From Camelus ferus (lineage: Eukaryota): a stretch of 64,000 nucleotides of DNA. Position 1 is the first letter of the stretch; every line of letters begins with the position of its first letter. This document shows positions 1 through 11,110 of the stretch, in pieces. Made by a program: the position numbers and the translations under genes. The stretch lies in NCBI RefSeq assembly GCF_009834535.1, contig NC_045697.1, forward strand, positions 21,578,001 to 21,642,000, read 5' to 3'. A model generated the notes under the pieces. That model had not been told where the DNA came from, made no database searches, and worked only from the letters and a program-made list of their open reading frames with translations.

Positions 1-224
1 TTTAGTGTGCAGATTAAAGACAAGCCAGGAGAGAAAATATTAATGCAGACAATGAGAGGGCAAAAGCAATATGATTTGTTAATTACTACAGGAATGTAAA
101 ATGCAGGTGGAAAGGTACATCAGTGAAGGTTAACCTAAATCTTGAATTGTGAAACAAGCTATAACCGTGTAATTAAGCTGAACTATTTACAATTGTTCAA
201 ATGCTTTGAATTTTTTAATCTCAA

Positions 225-495
225 ATCCTTTGCTCAGAATGTTCTTCCCTGTGTCCTATTAGCTTGTTATTTATTTTGAAGATTTTTCAGAATTGCTCCA
301 TATTATCCTTCTGTAACTCCTCTGAACTACCCTCAGTAGAATTAAATGTTTCCTCCATTGTGCTCCATTAGTAGCTAGTACATACCTTTATCATATAACT
401 ATTCAGATACTTGTATATCTCTTCAGCTTGACCTTAATCCCTAGAAGTCAAAGCTTTGTTCTATTTTTTCTGTATCTCCATTTCCTAGTGCATGC
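225..495 (+). mobile_element. LINE L2 3' fragment (degenerate)
   Basis: Pyrimidine-rich L2-like 3' region ending tttttctgtatctccatttcctagtgcatg; boundaries approximate. Confidence 0.55.
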
Positions 496-609
496 TCCCA
501 GATTTTATTCCTCTACTCAAACCTTACTATTGAATCTATACTGGAAGTATCTTCTCTAGACACTCTTTGGGGAACCTGTTTTTATGACTTATAATTGCAG
601 CCCAAGATA

Positions 610-1357
610 TCTCTCATTATACCTCTAACTTCAATCTGATCACCTCCTCTGAAGTTTGACCTATACTCAGCTTTCCACCTGACATCTCTGCTTTAGTGCC
701 AGAAAGGGTGTCTCTAACACATTTTGCAAACTCATCTCACTCCTTCCATAAACTATGTCCCCTATTTTGCTGCTTAAGCTCAGATTTTAGGGGCCATCCT
801 TGATACTTCTGTATTCCTTAGTCCTCACATACAAAAAATCACCAATTCCTGATAATTATATTTCCAAAAAACACCTTCTTGATCTTCAGCATCAGGGCCA
901 CCACCCAGCATCTTCTAATATCTTTCTCTCCTTTTATTCACTGAATTTCAGTTGCACTGGACTCTGGTGTACTGAAGACTGTGACTTTTACCCATCTCAG
1001 TACTTAAATGTGATGATATTCTATCAGAAAAACATGAATTTGAATTCTTGGGCATGGCTATTTCCTTCTCTTCACTCAGCTCTCAGGTTGATTTACTTCT
1101 TTAAGGACAATATTGGGCTGCATATTCTATACAAGAATCTGCTACCCAGATTGTTTTCTTACAAAGCACTTGTCTCTTTCTTAGTACTTAAAATGTCATT
1201 ATTTTGTATTCATGTCTGCCTTTATTATATAATATTCATTTCCCCATTCTAATTTAAAAACCACGAAGATAGTAATCATCTCACCATTATGTACCAAACA
1301 TGTAGAACAAAGCCAAGCACATAAGAACACCATAAATATTTGTTAAAAAGATGAATG
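610..1357 (+). mobile_element. LINE L2 (L2a/b-like) 3' region
   Basis: L2-like motifs (gccatccttgatacttct, cacatacaaaaaatcaccaattcctg) and terminus gcacataagaacaccataaatatttgttaaaaagatgaatg; accounts for ORF 800..1252. Confidence 0.65.
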
Positions 1358-2986
1358 CATAGATTGAGAAAGAATCAAGAGAAACACCATAATCAGAAGG
1401 ATAGAGGATGCTATAATGCAAGTTTCGTGGAGGCAGGCATATTTTGTTTTAATCATTATATCCCTTTGTCTAAGGACATTCTGATGTGTTATATGTATTC
1501 AATATTTGTTGAATAAATGTAAGAATTTAGAAAGCAATGCTTAAAGCAGTTTTGAATGACAACATCAATGTCAGGATATAGATTCAAGAAAAATAAAATT
1601 AAATTCTTCCACATGCATGACACACTTCAGTTTTTACAAAATTTCTGCTAACTATATTCACTGCCTTATCAATCAGTAAATAAAAGGGGTAACAGCAGTT
1701 TTTTGGGTCACTGTATAAGATAATGTAATCAAGGTAATGAAGAAGCAGAAATAACTTAAAATCAAGGAACACAGTAATAAACTGACTAATTATCAAAATG
1801 ACTTTCATGGAGAAGAAAAAATAACAAAAAGCACTCATTATAAATTTTGATCTGTAAGTAACAAAGGGAAAAACAAGAATTTCAAAAAAAATTAAGTATA
1901 CATTTAATGGTATAAAACTTCTATAAAAATTGGTTTTCTGTCACTTTATACAATAGTTATCCAACTGCAAAACTGTACAATAACAGCTTTCACATTTATT
2001 TCTTCTAAAGTCAATGCGTTAGGCTAATTTCTCCTATCCCATTTCTGTTTCTTTTCACTCTCTCCAGGAGACAATGGAAAAGACTTCTAAATAACTACAG
2101 CATTTGGCCAGTTCACAATGGAGGGAAAAATGAACGGCGTAAGGAGCTAAAAATCATCTATAGTTTGAGTGTTAACTTTCAGATGATAAACAACCCTCAA
2201 TCTATTTTAGATTCTATTTTAGAAAGAATGAGAGGAGTAAATATGATATAACTAAATATCCATCCAAATAAATTTCAGAAATACACATAAATAGATTTTT
2301 AAAAAAGTTAACATAAAAGCATAATTTAAATTACAACTTAAACAAGGCTTAAATTTAATCCTAATTAAGCTGCACATATCTTTGTATAATGTTCAGTGTG
2401 AGGATCTCATTAAATAAGTGTTTTCTTCTAAGTCTTCTCAAAAAGCAAGGGCATTATATTGCTTTTCATATGCTTAATGATATCTGTTTTGTAGTGTACT
2501 CTGATAGACACTAAAAAAATTCCTTTTATGGGCCCCAAGATCCCTGACATCACAAGGAAATGATTCATTTACAACTTCGGTAACAGATGAGTTTTTTAAG
2601 CAGTGATTTGGGGCTATTGTTAATAACAAGGTACATGAAAGCTTCTTTATAAAACTAAAATTGTATAATAAGTAAGGGTTTAATACCATTTAGTAAATGG
2701 TAAATGTATTATGTAAATTGTTTCATGGAATCCCACACTGGGGACCTGGGCCTATTGTTTCCCTTTGAATAACAGATTCTTCCCTAAATCATTTGAAATC
2801 TGTTCCCTGTAAATTTTAAATAGGATAACATTATTTCGTTATAATAGAGTAGTTTAAATTTAAGCACAACCATTCTGTTTCAATTATAGAAGTGTCATTG
2901 GGATTTAATTACACAATTTGAAAGACTGAGAGCAAAAACTACCTGTGTGCTCCTGATCTGGGAAGGAAGGCCTATCTCCTCCAGAC

Positions 2987-3214
2987 CAGGGTTTCTGGAC
3001 TTTGGCATTATTGCCATTTTGGACGGGATTGTGCTTGTGTGTGTGTCTGTGGTAGGGGGGAGTGAGGAGGGATGCTGACTTGTACATTTTATGACATTTA
3101 GCAGCATCTTAGATGAGATCGCAATAGCATTGCACTCCTAGTATGACAATCAAAAATCTTTGCAGATCTTACCAAATGTCCCAGGGAAGAATTACTCCAG
3201 GTGGAGACCTACTG
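2987..3214 (-). mobile_element. MER20 hAT-Charlie DNA transposon
   Basis: Ends cagggtttct...gagacctactg; internal tttagcagcatc, tgacaatcaaaaat and ccaaatgtccc match the reverse complement of MER20. Confidence 0.85.
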
Positions 3215-3259
3215 CTTAAAAAAATAAATAAATAAATAAAAAACTCTGAGCAACCCACC

Positions 3260-4330
3260 TGGCCACTTAAAAGCATAATCCTTCAGCCTCTCTTCCTTGG
3301 ATACCTGGTGGAATCAGTGCCGCAGCTGTCACCCATTCCCTACGAAAATCACTGCCTTTGTCTGAAGTAGTAAAGCTGAGATACTGCACTCAAGAACTCA
3401 CTACCAAGCAGTGAGCAATCTCCTCTCTACAAACATCATGGACTCAAGTCAGGAGCCCTTTATCCTTTACCCTCTTCCTCCACCCTCTAAGGTAGATGGA
3501 GGTAGTAACCAGATGTGCTTTATTCAATCTATGGTTTCTGCTAATAGCCACATTAGAGAAATGAAGCTGCTCTTGTTGGTTCAAAAACTGACCCCATACA
3601 TGGAGTGCAAAGAGAGACTGAAGAAAGAGGCAAACCACTCCAGACTGGTAGGTGGCAGGTTTAATAAGCATGGGAAGTTACATATGAGGTTTGTCTTGGG
3701 TGGCTGTGAGACAAATAGACTTCTGAACCTGCCCACCAGAATCTTAAAAGTTTATTTGGAGGCCTTTACTGGATTCAGTCACATGTACTTTCCAGATGGT
3801 CTGCATCATACATTGCTCTCTCAAGGCTGTGTCCTTGAAAACAGCTCCAGCTGTGGGAAAGGTGGTCAGAAGGTACATGGCAAGGGCAGGGGAGGGGTTG
3901 AGGAGCCTCTGATTGGTGGGTCCAGCTCATGAGTCAGCTGAAGTCACATCCTCTCATTGATGACCTCCAATAGCTCTTTGTTTCATTTTTGAAGCTCAAA
4001 GATCAATCTTTACCTAAGCCTTTATTAAGGACCTGTATGTGTTAATAAGCCAGGCCTGTTGACATTTTATATCTATTTAAAAGACCATGGTGATGTGTCC
4101 TTCCATGGATTGTGATCACATGTAACCATAGGTCCACAGTTTCTGCTCTGGAGAAAATAATAAATAGGAACAGTGCAGAATCCCACCTTTAGATGAGCAG
4201 CTACCTTCAGATGTGGCTGACAGAGGACAAGGCCAATAAGCAGGCTAGTCCACTCTCATCCATCCTTTCTAAGAAAGAAGCAACCACAGCTCAGGGTCTC
4301 TAGAATTTCTAGACAGGTGAAGAAAGCCAC
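3260..4330 (-). mobile_element. Possible highly degenerate ERVL/MaLR internal remnant, interrupted by the LTR at 3606-3972
   Basis: Higher-GC segments flanking the LTR with weak resemblance to ERVL pol-region sequence; no intact ORF. Confidence 0.3.
3606..3972 (-). mobile_element. Solo LTR of an endogenous retrovirus (family uncertain)
   Basis: Begins tgcaaagagagactgaag...ggtaggtggcaggtttaataagc (minus-strand poly(A) signal variant) and ends gacctccaata; ~370 bp. Confidence 0.6.
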
Positions 4331-4441
4331 ATTCTGGCAGGGGGCATGAATAGTGAACTTAATATCTAGATATCACTTGATATTTAATTTGTCAGGGAAA
4401 ATTTATTGAAATAATTTTGTCCAATTCCTGTTGGTCAGTGT

Positions 4442-4625
4442 TGTATCAGTTATTTTGTGTTGAATGAAAGAAACACCTGGAAACTTAACAACTTAAAAAG
4501 ATAACCATTACTTCTGTCAGGTTCTCTGGGTCAAAGCAAGTCATAGACAAGCCCAGATTCACAGAACTGAGATGCAGATTCCATCTCTTGAATAGGAGGT
4601 GCTATAAAATATGTTAGTCATTTGT
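4442..4625 (-). mobile_element. MLT1 (MaLR) LTR, internally deleted
   Basis: tgtatcagtta...aaacttaacaacttaaaa and gcaagtcatagacaagcccagattca...ccatctcttga are typical MLT1 segments. Confidence 0.6.
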
Positions 4626-5709
4626 TTTGTAATTTTTCTTAGATGTTCTGAATTTCATTAATTTTGCAGTTAAAACAATTAAATGAGGTGTTTTTCAAAG
4701 TAAGAAAATATCCTTAATTTTGGCAGGAGCTATGAAATTTATAATATAGATTTGCACAATGTTTATAAATGATTCTATTTGAAGAGCAGGCATAGACAAT
4801 TGTATTTTATAAAGTGCCAAGCCCAGGAAAAAGGTACTGCTTCTAGGAAAATTGACTGCAAGCCTTTTTTCTACTTATTTCTTTTTCTTCCTTTGTTCTT
4901 TCCACTCAAATTCTTGATACTTGGATGTCCTCACGTGGTAGAACAGAAGTAGTATTTTTTTTAAATAACATTGAATAAATATTTTACTATATCCTCTTAC
5001 ACAGTTTCCTGTAATATTAATCTATAGGTTTATTTACTTTTAGGGGAAATCATGATTCCATTAATGTGCCCAGGATCTTTTAAAGAGTGTTTTTGGTTCA
5101 TATTCAGATAACAGATGCTCTGAGGCTATGTAAACTACATAACTTTCTCTCTGCCATGACAACAATTATAAGCACTTTGCTTCTGGCTTATTTCCATAGC
5201 TTTTAATATATAAAAATTCCAAATTATATCATTTTATATTTGGTGTCTGTGTATTTGCAAACATACTATTCACATGGAGATTTTGCTTATAAGCTTAAAA
5301 ATGACAAAAATATTTGTATAAAATTATAGATTTAGGAGTCCTATAAAGTTTGCTATTCTATGATCATATATATATTACATATTTTTCTCTTAAAAAGATA
5401 AGATATATTCACAAATGTACTATAAGACTGTAGATCTAAGAATAAAGGCTTATGCCACAAAGAAACAAAGCACAGTACGAAAAAGGACATGAAGAAGGGA
5501 CATAAGAAAGTTTGAAGCCATTAAGTAAGAAAGGACAATAGAAAAGAGGATGAGGAGGAGAATGATATAGAGTAGTTTAAAAAAATTACAAAAAAGCAAT
5601 GTATATGTTTTCTTTCCTCTTTTTCATAATTTTATGTGCTTTTACTGTTTTCAGAGTAAGCCACACAGTAAAAGAAACCCACATTCTACTGCTGAATACT
5701 CAAGCATGC

Positions 5710-5890
5710 TTTGAAAGAAGCCATGGTTTAAACTGTGTGGGACAGCAGAATAATTCGGTGGACCTGAGCTCAGATCTAGTCCTACCCCGACATTTGCCAT
5801 CTGAAATGAGCTGGGGAAGCCTCCCTGAAACTCATTTTCTTCAACAGGAAATTGAACATGATAATAGTTCCCTGTTAGTGTCAATGTAAA
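5710..5890 (+). mobile_element. MIR SINE fragment
   Basis: Core-like cctccctgaaactcattttcttcaacaggaaattgaacatgataatag. Confidence 0.55.
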
Positions 5891-5897
5891 TTTTGAA

Positions 5898-6047
5898 TTT
5901 TTTTTTAACACAATCTTTTTTTGAGGTGAGTGGGGGCCAAGGTAATTTGGTCTGTTTGTTTGTTTGTATAATGGAGGTCCGGGATTGAACGTAGGACCTC
6001 GTGCATGCTAGGCATGCACTCTACCACTGAACTCTACCCTCCTCCTC
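5898..6047 (-). mobile_element. tRNA-derived SINE, camelid Vic-1-like
   Basis: Reverse complement reads GAGGGTAGAGTTCAGTGGTAGAGTGCATGCCTAGCATGCACGAGGTCCTACGTTCAATCCCGGACCTCC (A/B-box tRNA head), then (CAAA)n and an A-rich tail; degenerate TSD aattttgaattt / aaatctgaattc. Confidence 0.88.
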
Positions 6048-6544
6048 AAATCTGAATTCTTGAAAAATTAAAATATGTGCAGAACAGTGTAATAGTCCAA
6101 TAAATGGTAGATATTTTACAAATATACACCAACATATTTTTGAGGAACCACTTTCTATTCTGTTTCTGTTATACAAGAAATTTTTATATTTGTAGTAAAT
6201 AAAATATATGCAGATACTTGAGAAGTCAACCTCTCAACCTTTGCTCAACCTTTAAGCAAACACGTCTAGACTGTTTAAAACTTCAGGGATGTCAAAAAAT
6301 TTCAGTTGCATCTTGCTGATATTTATGTTTTTTGACAAAATCAAGGGTTTAAAAAATGTTAGTGTAAAGTTGATTCACCAATACTTAAATACTTAAAAAG
6401 TGCTTTTTTCCTCTTGTTCATCTGGACTGGAACTCAAAGCTTTCACAATTCAGTTCTCACATTGATTCCTTTGGACATCTTTCAGTACATGGTGTCCTAT
6501 CTCTGTGTCTAGACAACTTTTTCATAAGACAAAAGATGTTGGAG

Positions 6545-6546
<2 letters not shown>

Positions 6547-6576
<30 letters not shown>
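6547..6576. repeat. (GT)15 microsatellite
   Basis: Read directly from sequence. Confidence 0.97.
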
Positions 6577-6581
<5 letters not shown>

Positions 6582-6799
6582 TTTTAAGAAATTATCTAAT
6601 AGATAATATCACTGCCTTAGAGAAAATGCTCCACTGAAGATCAATTGAAATTAGAAGAATACCTAAGACTTTTTCATGGCCAAATTGAGCCCATATTATT
6701 CCTTCACATCCACCCCATAAAACTTGTCATGGTTTTCTTCAATCCCACTAACATTTTCTCATCTTTTTCTCTCTTTCTCTCTCTCTCTCCCTCTTCCTT

Positions 6800-7185
6800 C
6801 CTTCCCTTTCTTCTTCAATTCTTTGGAAACCTCAAGCCACTATCCTCCTTGGAAATTAAGCCTGACATTCTCTTCTCCCAATATCCTGTTGTGGCTGAGT
6901 GTCCATTTGTCACACCCCAGCTTGAAATGTAACTCCCTAAGAGAAGACATTCAGAACACTAGCTCTAAAATAGCCATGAAAACATCCTCACTCTATACCT
7001 CTGCCCCCTTATTTCTTCTTTACATTTTTATTTTTTGCATTCTGAAATTACTTTACTTATTTTTTTTCATTTACAGTGTCTCTCTCCCAGTTAGAATGTA
7101 AGTTCTTGGAATGCAAAAATTCCACAGCCCTTTAGTATAGAGAAAATGTGTGATGAATACATAGTATATATATTTGAATGACTAA
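6800..7185 (+). mobile_element. LINE L2a 3' region
   Basis: tgtctctctcccagttagaatgtaagttcttgg and terminal atatttgaatga. Confidence 0.65.
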
Positions 7186-8124
7186 CCTTTTGAATCAATA
7201 GATGTATGAATATATTAATAAGGGCTGGAGAGGGGACAGGGAGACACACTTTGACTTACTCCATTCATAATTATTTCCTAAAGAATGGGTGAGTGGTTTA
7301 TCTCCTGGAACACATGTAAGTCAGTGTTACACTCCTATGTGTGCGTGGGGAGGAAGTTTATTATGACATCACTGAGTGGCTCACTTGAATCTCCTTTTAT
7401 CCTGAAAATGTTTAGATATATCTGCTGTGCTACACACAGAAAAAGTGATAGAGAAAGCTGCCACCACTTGGTTTATTCCCTTCCAAGTCCATTATATTTT
7501 TCAATTTAAATATGAGAGATAATCAATACACTGGGTGCATTCCAGATGTGTTTTTAAGACAGTAAACTGTAAATGTGATATGACCTGAGGTTGAAAAAAG
7601 AAAACTGTGTGCAGAGGCATCAGTGAATTTCAGTGCCATCACTGAGCAGAAGTAGCAAGAAGGATTTTGAAAGCAGGGAATGCAGCTTGTTCCTAGGGGC
7701 ATTCTAAGTTTTAGGCAGTTTCTGCTTTTTTTCTCTTCCAAAAATATTAAATGATCTTACCAATGTTATTCATCTTTCTTACAGTAATTTTATTTTACAT
7801 ATTTACCATGGCTGATTCTACTAGAACCTGAGTTAACCTATCACAAGGAAATCATTCTGAACAGAGACACAGTAAATTATCACAAGGTATGGGTTAAAGC
7901 AGTTTATGAAAAAAACTATCTTACTCAGGAAACAACTTAAAGGAAAATTGGATTAATTCTCTTCAGGAAGCAAAAAGTGTTTGTTTATTTAGTTATCTGC
8001 TTAGACATCAGGCATATAATGAAATTATAGATAGATATGCACGTATATGTATATAAAGTCCTGCTCTTCTTTTCTTCAAAATTCCTAGACTTTCTATGAA
8101 GTCTTTTCTATTAGCTTCATTACA

Positions 8125-8245
8125 TTCACCCTTTTATTCATTTATCTATAAGTAAAGTTGTATTATAAAATTACCAAATGCCAGGCACTAATCTATAGTA
8201 GTGAATTCACAGGTCCCTAGCCTCACAGAGTTTACACTGTATTGG
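8125..8245 (-). mobile_element. LINE L2 3' end fragment
   Basis: attcattta...tgccaggcact...ggtccctagcctcacagagtttaca. Confidence 0.65.
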
Positions 8246-8249
8246 AAAT

Positions 8250-8465
8250 TATTAGCTGGCATTTAAGAGCACTCCTGATACTCCAGCAGTCTTAGTTCTT
8301 TGGTGGGCATTATGTTAATATCATTTCTCATTCAAAGGACAAGGAGATGAAGTCTCAGAGCATGCAAATCACTTCTTCAAGATCATCAAGCTAGTAAGCA
8401 TTAAATATGAGATTTAACCCCATCCAGTTTGCCCATGCCCACGAGTCCAGCTGCCATGCTATTTC
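8250..8465 (-). mobile_element. MIR SINE
   Basis: gatgaagtctcagag...cacttcttcaagatcatcaagctagtaag...gatttaacccca. Confidence 0.6.
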
Positions 8466-9017
8466 ACCTTTTTAACACATATTCTTCTAATACGTATTAT
8501 CTATGCTACTCACATGTTTCCTTGCGTTTTTAAGTAAATTTAATATTTTAATGGTGAAAATAGAAAACAACACAGAAATTTGGAAAATGGAGAAAATATT
8601 CATATTGACACCATGTTATAACTATTATTCTCTAAATATTCTCATGTTTCAATCTGTTAACACTTGGAATCATAGTTCATGAGCAATTTCACCTCCTGTC
8701 TTTTCCATTTTATTATAATGTTTCTATTATGTTACATGCAATTCACATACATTTTATTATAATGTTTCCACAATGCTACACAGAGTTCATAATCATTATT
8801 TTTAGAGGCCACTTAAATGTATATTGAGTTGATATAGCATAATATAATTAATACTCTCATTGGTAGCTATTTTACTTCACTGGAGGGAAGAACCCCATGA
8901 TTTTATCACATAAAAAAGGTCTTTAGAATTTCAATTCAAGTTAAATTGAACATGTGCAATTGTTTGACAACTTTATGATAGCTAGCCTTCCAGGTACTGA
9001 TATGTCTCCAAAAATGC

Positions 9018-9280
9018 ACTTCAACAAATATTTCTTGTAGCCTAACATTCACCACTCACTGTGATAGGTCTTAAGGATGTTTAATTGGTGGGAAACAGTC
9101 TCTAAACTGAAGAAGCTTCTAAATCAGTCACAGGTGACAGAAATCCAAAACAGTATTAGCTAGAACATATAAAAATGCAGCAAGTCTAGTAATGTGGTGT
9201 TGATGAAAATGGATGTGATAGAAAGGGCTTTGGAAAAGGTGATATTTACACAGAAATCTGAAAGGGTGGTAGAAATTGGT
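9018..9280 (-). mobile_element. LINE L2 fragment
   Basis: ttcaacaaatatttcttgtagccta...ggaaaaggtgatatttacacagaaatctgaa. Confidence 0.6.
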
Positions 9281-9286
9281 TGCTTA

Positions 9287-9680
9287 GGTTGAGACTGCTC
9301 AGGCTGCTATAACAAGATACCACAGACTGGGTGGATTAAACAACAGGCACACTTATTTCCATACCATTCTGGAGGCTGGCAGTCTGATATATAGTTGCCA
9401 ACAGGTTGGTCTCTGGGAGACCTCTCTTTCTGCCTTGTAGATGATGATCTGCTCTCTGTGTCTTCATATGTCCCCTTTTTTGTATGTACATGGAGAGAGA
9501 ACCGGTATCTTTTCCTCTTTTGATAAAGACAGAAGTCCTGTGGGATTAGGGTCCTACCCTAATGACTTAATTTAACTAATTACCTCATAAGTGTCCTATG
9601 TATGGCCACAATCACATTGGGGGTTAGGACATCATATGACATCATATGAATTTTAGAAAGACACAATTCAGTCCACAACA
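9287..9680 (-). mobile_element. MLT1A/B (MaLR) solo LTR
   Basis: ggctgctataacaagataccacagactgggtgg...cacattgggggttagg...acacaattcagtccacaaca; contains a 10-bp tandem duplication gacatcatat x2 at 9628-9647. Confidence 0.85.
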
Positions 9681-10829
9681 GATAAGCAGAAGGGTGGAGA
9701 TGAGAAATGAGTTAAATCCTGAGGAAGGGAAGGGATAGATGGATAGATAGGTAGGTAAAGTTCATCAATAATACATTTAGAAAATTGTTTTAAAAACTTA
9801 TGATGGGGAGAGAAGAAACTAGTAAAATAACTTCATGCTATCTTAGAGGAGATTAAATTGAAATTTCCAGCAAAATTAACAATCACAGTTTGAACAGGTC
9901 GCTTAAAACAAGACAGGAAATCAATTATTTAATAGCATTTTTAGTTTATAGATTTGCTTCTAGTTAGGGTCAAGTATGAATAATTAACTTACTTGATTAC
10001 AAAATCATTCTGAATAATCTGCTCATAATTTTAAAGATAATATGAAAACTATAATCATAAAATGTGAGAGAAGAAAATATATAGAGAGATGAAAGAAGGT
10101 TGTTAACAAGAAATATGTACCTCCAACAGAGGTCTCTAAAGAAACTAAACTAAACCTTTGTCAGGGCAGGAGACAGGAATAAGATTATAGACTCAGATTC
10201 TTCTTTTGACCAATATTTGGACAAACTTGATCAGATTGATAAAGATGAAAAGATGACACCTGCCTTAAACTTATTATCTAATAATGATGTACAAATGTTT
10301 TCAAAGGCTGTCTGTATTTCAATATATGAAATCTCTTTCTGTATTATGGGAGTTAGAGTTCAAAAAATCTTCCTTTGTGGACTCACAATATATGTTAATA
10401 TGACAGCTAAATTTTTTACATATTTTTAGAAAATGAAAATGATTTATTAAATACAATTTTAATAATTTGATTTATAAAAGAGCTGGAGGTGGCAACCCAC
10501 AATAAATTAATCTATTGTGAATTATGAAAATATTAATCAGCTTGATGTAAACATCTGTGGTTCACAGAAATGGCCTGGAATTATTTATCAGTGTCATTTC
10601 TCCTTTCTGCCTCACCTAACTCCACTTAATGACTGGGACTCGCATGTCTTTGTCATTACATAGGGAATAGAATATGTGCCAAAACATACAGCTCAGGGTT
10701 TAAAAGTTAAATTGCATGAATATTTATGAATACACTGTCTAGTATACAAAAATTCTAAAATACCTCAATGATTGAGATTTAGCATTCAACTTGACAGAGT
10801 GAGAAAATGTTCGCTTTAAATTTAAAACA

Positions 10830-11110
10830 AAATAACTACCATTTCTTAATCTGTTAGACTGTACTAACAGCTTTACCTCCCCTATTTAATTTAACTGTTC
10901 AAAACAATTTTATTTAAAAAATACTGAAGAATGCATGGGAATGCAAATTGATGGTAAGTTATAAAGCCAGAATTTGAAATCAAGTATATCTGATTCAAGA
11001 TGCCATGCTCATTTTTCTCATCTGCAAAATTGAAAAAATATATACCATGTCCTCCTTAACTCACATTATATTGAGGTTCAAATGTAAGAGTGAGAATATT
11101 GTAAATTGTG
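10830..11110. mobile_element. Two adjacent MIR fragments (minus, then plus)
   Basis: gccagaatttgaaatcaagtatatctgattcaaga (minus) followed by ctcatttttctcatctgcaaaattg (plus). Confidence 0.55.

Noticed and set aside
800..1252. 150-aa ORF
   Set aside because: Lies within a degenerate L2, has a non-ATG start and shows no recognisable domain
3411..3932. 173-aa ORF, the longest in the window
   Set aside because: Runs antisense across an LTR boundary; no recognisable homology
5975..6045. tRNA-like sequence
   Set aside because: It is the head of a SINE with tail and TSD, not a functional tRNA gene
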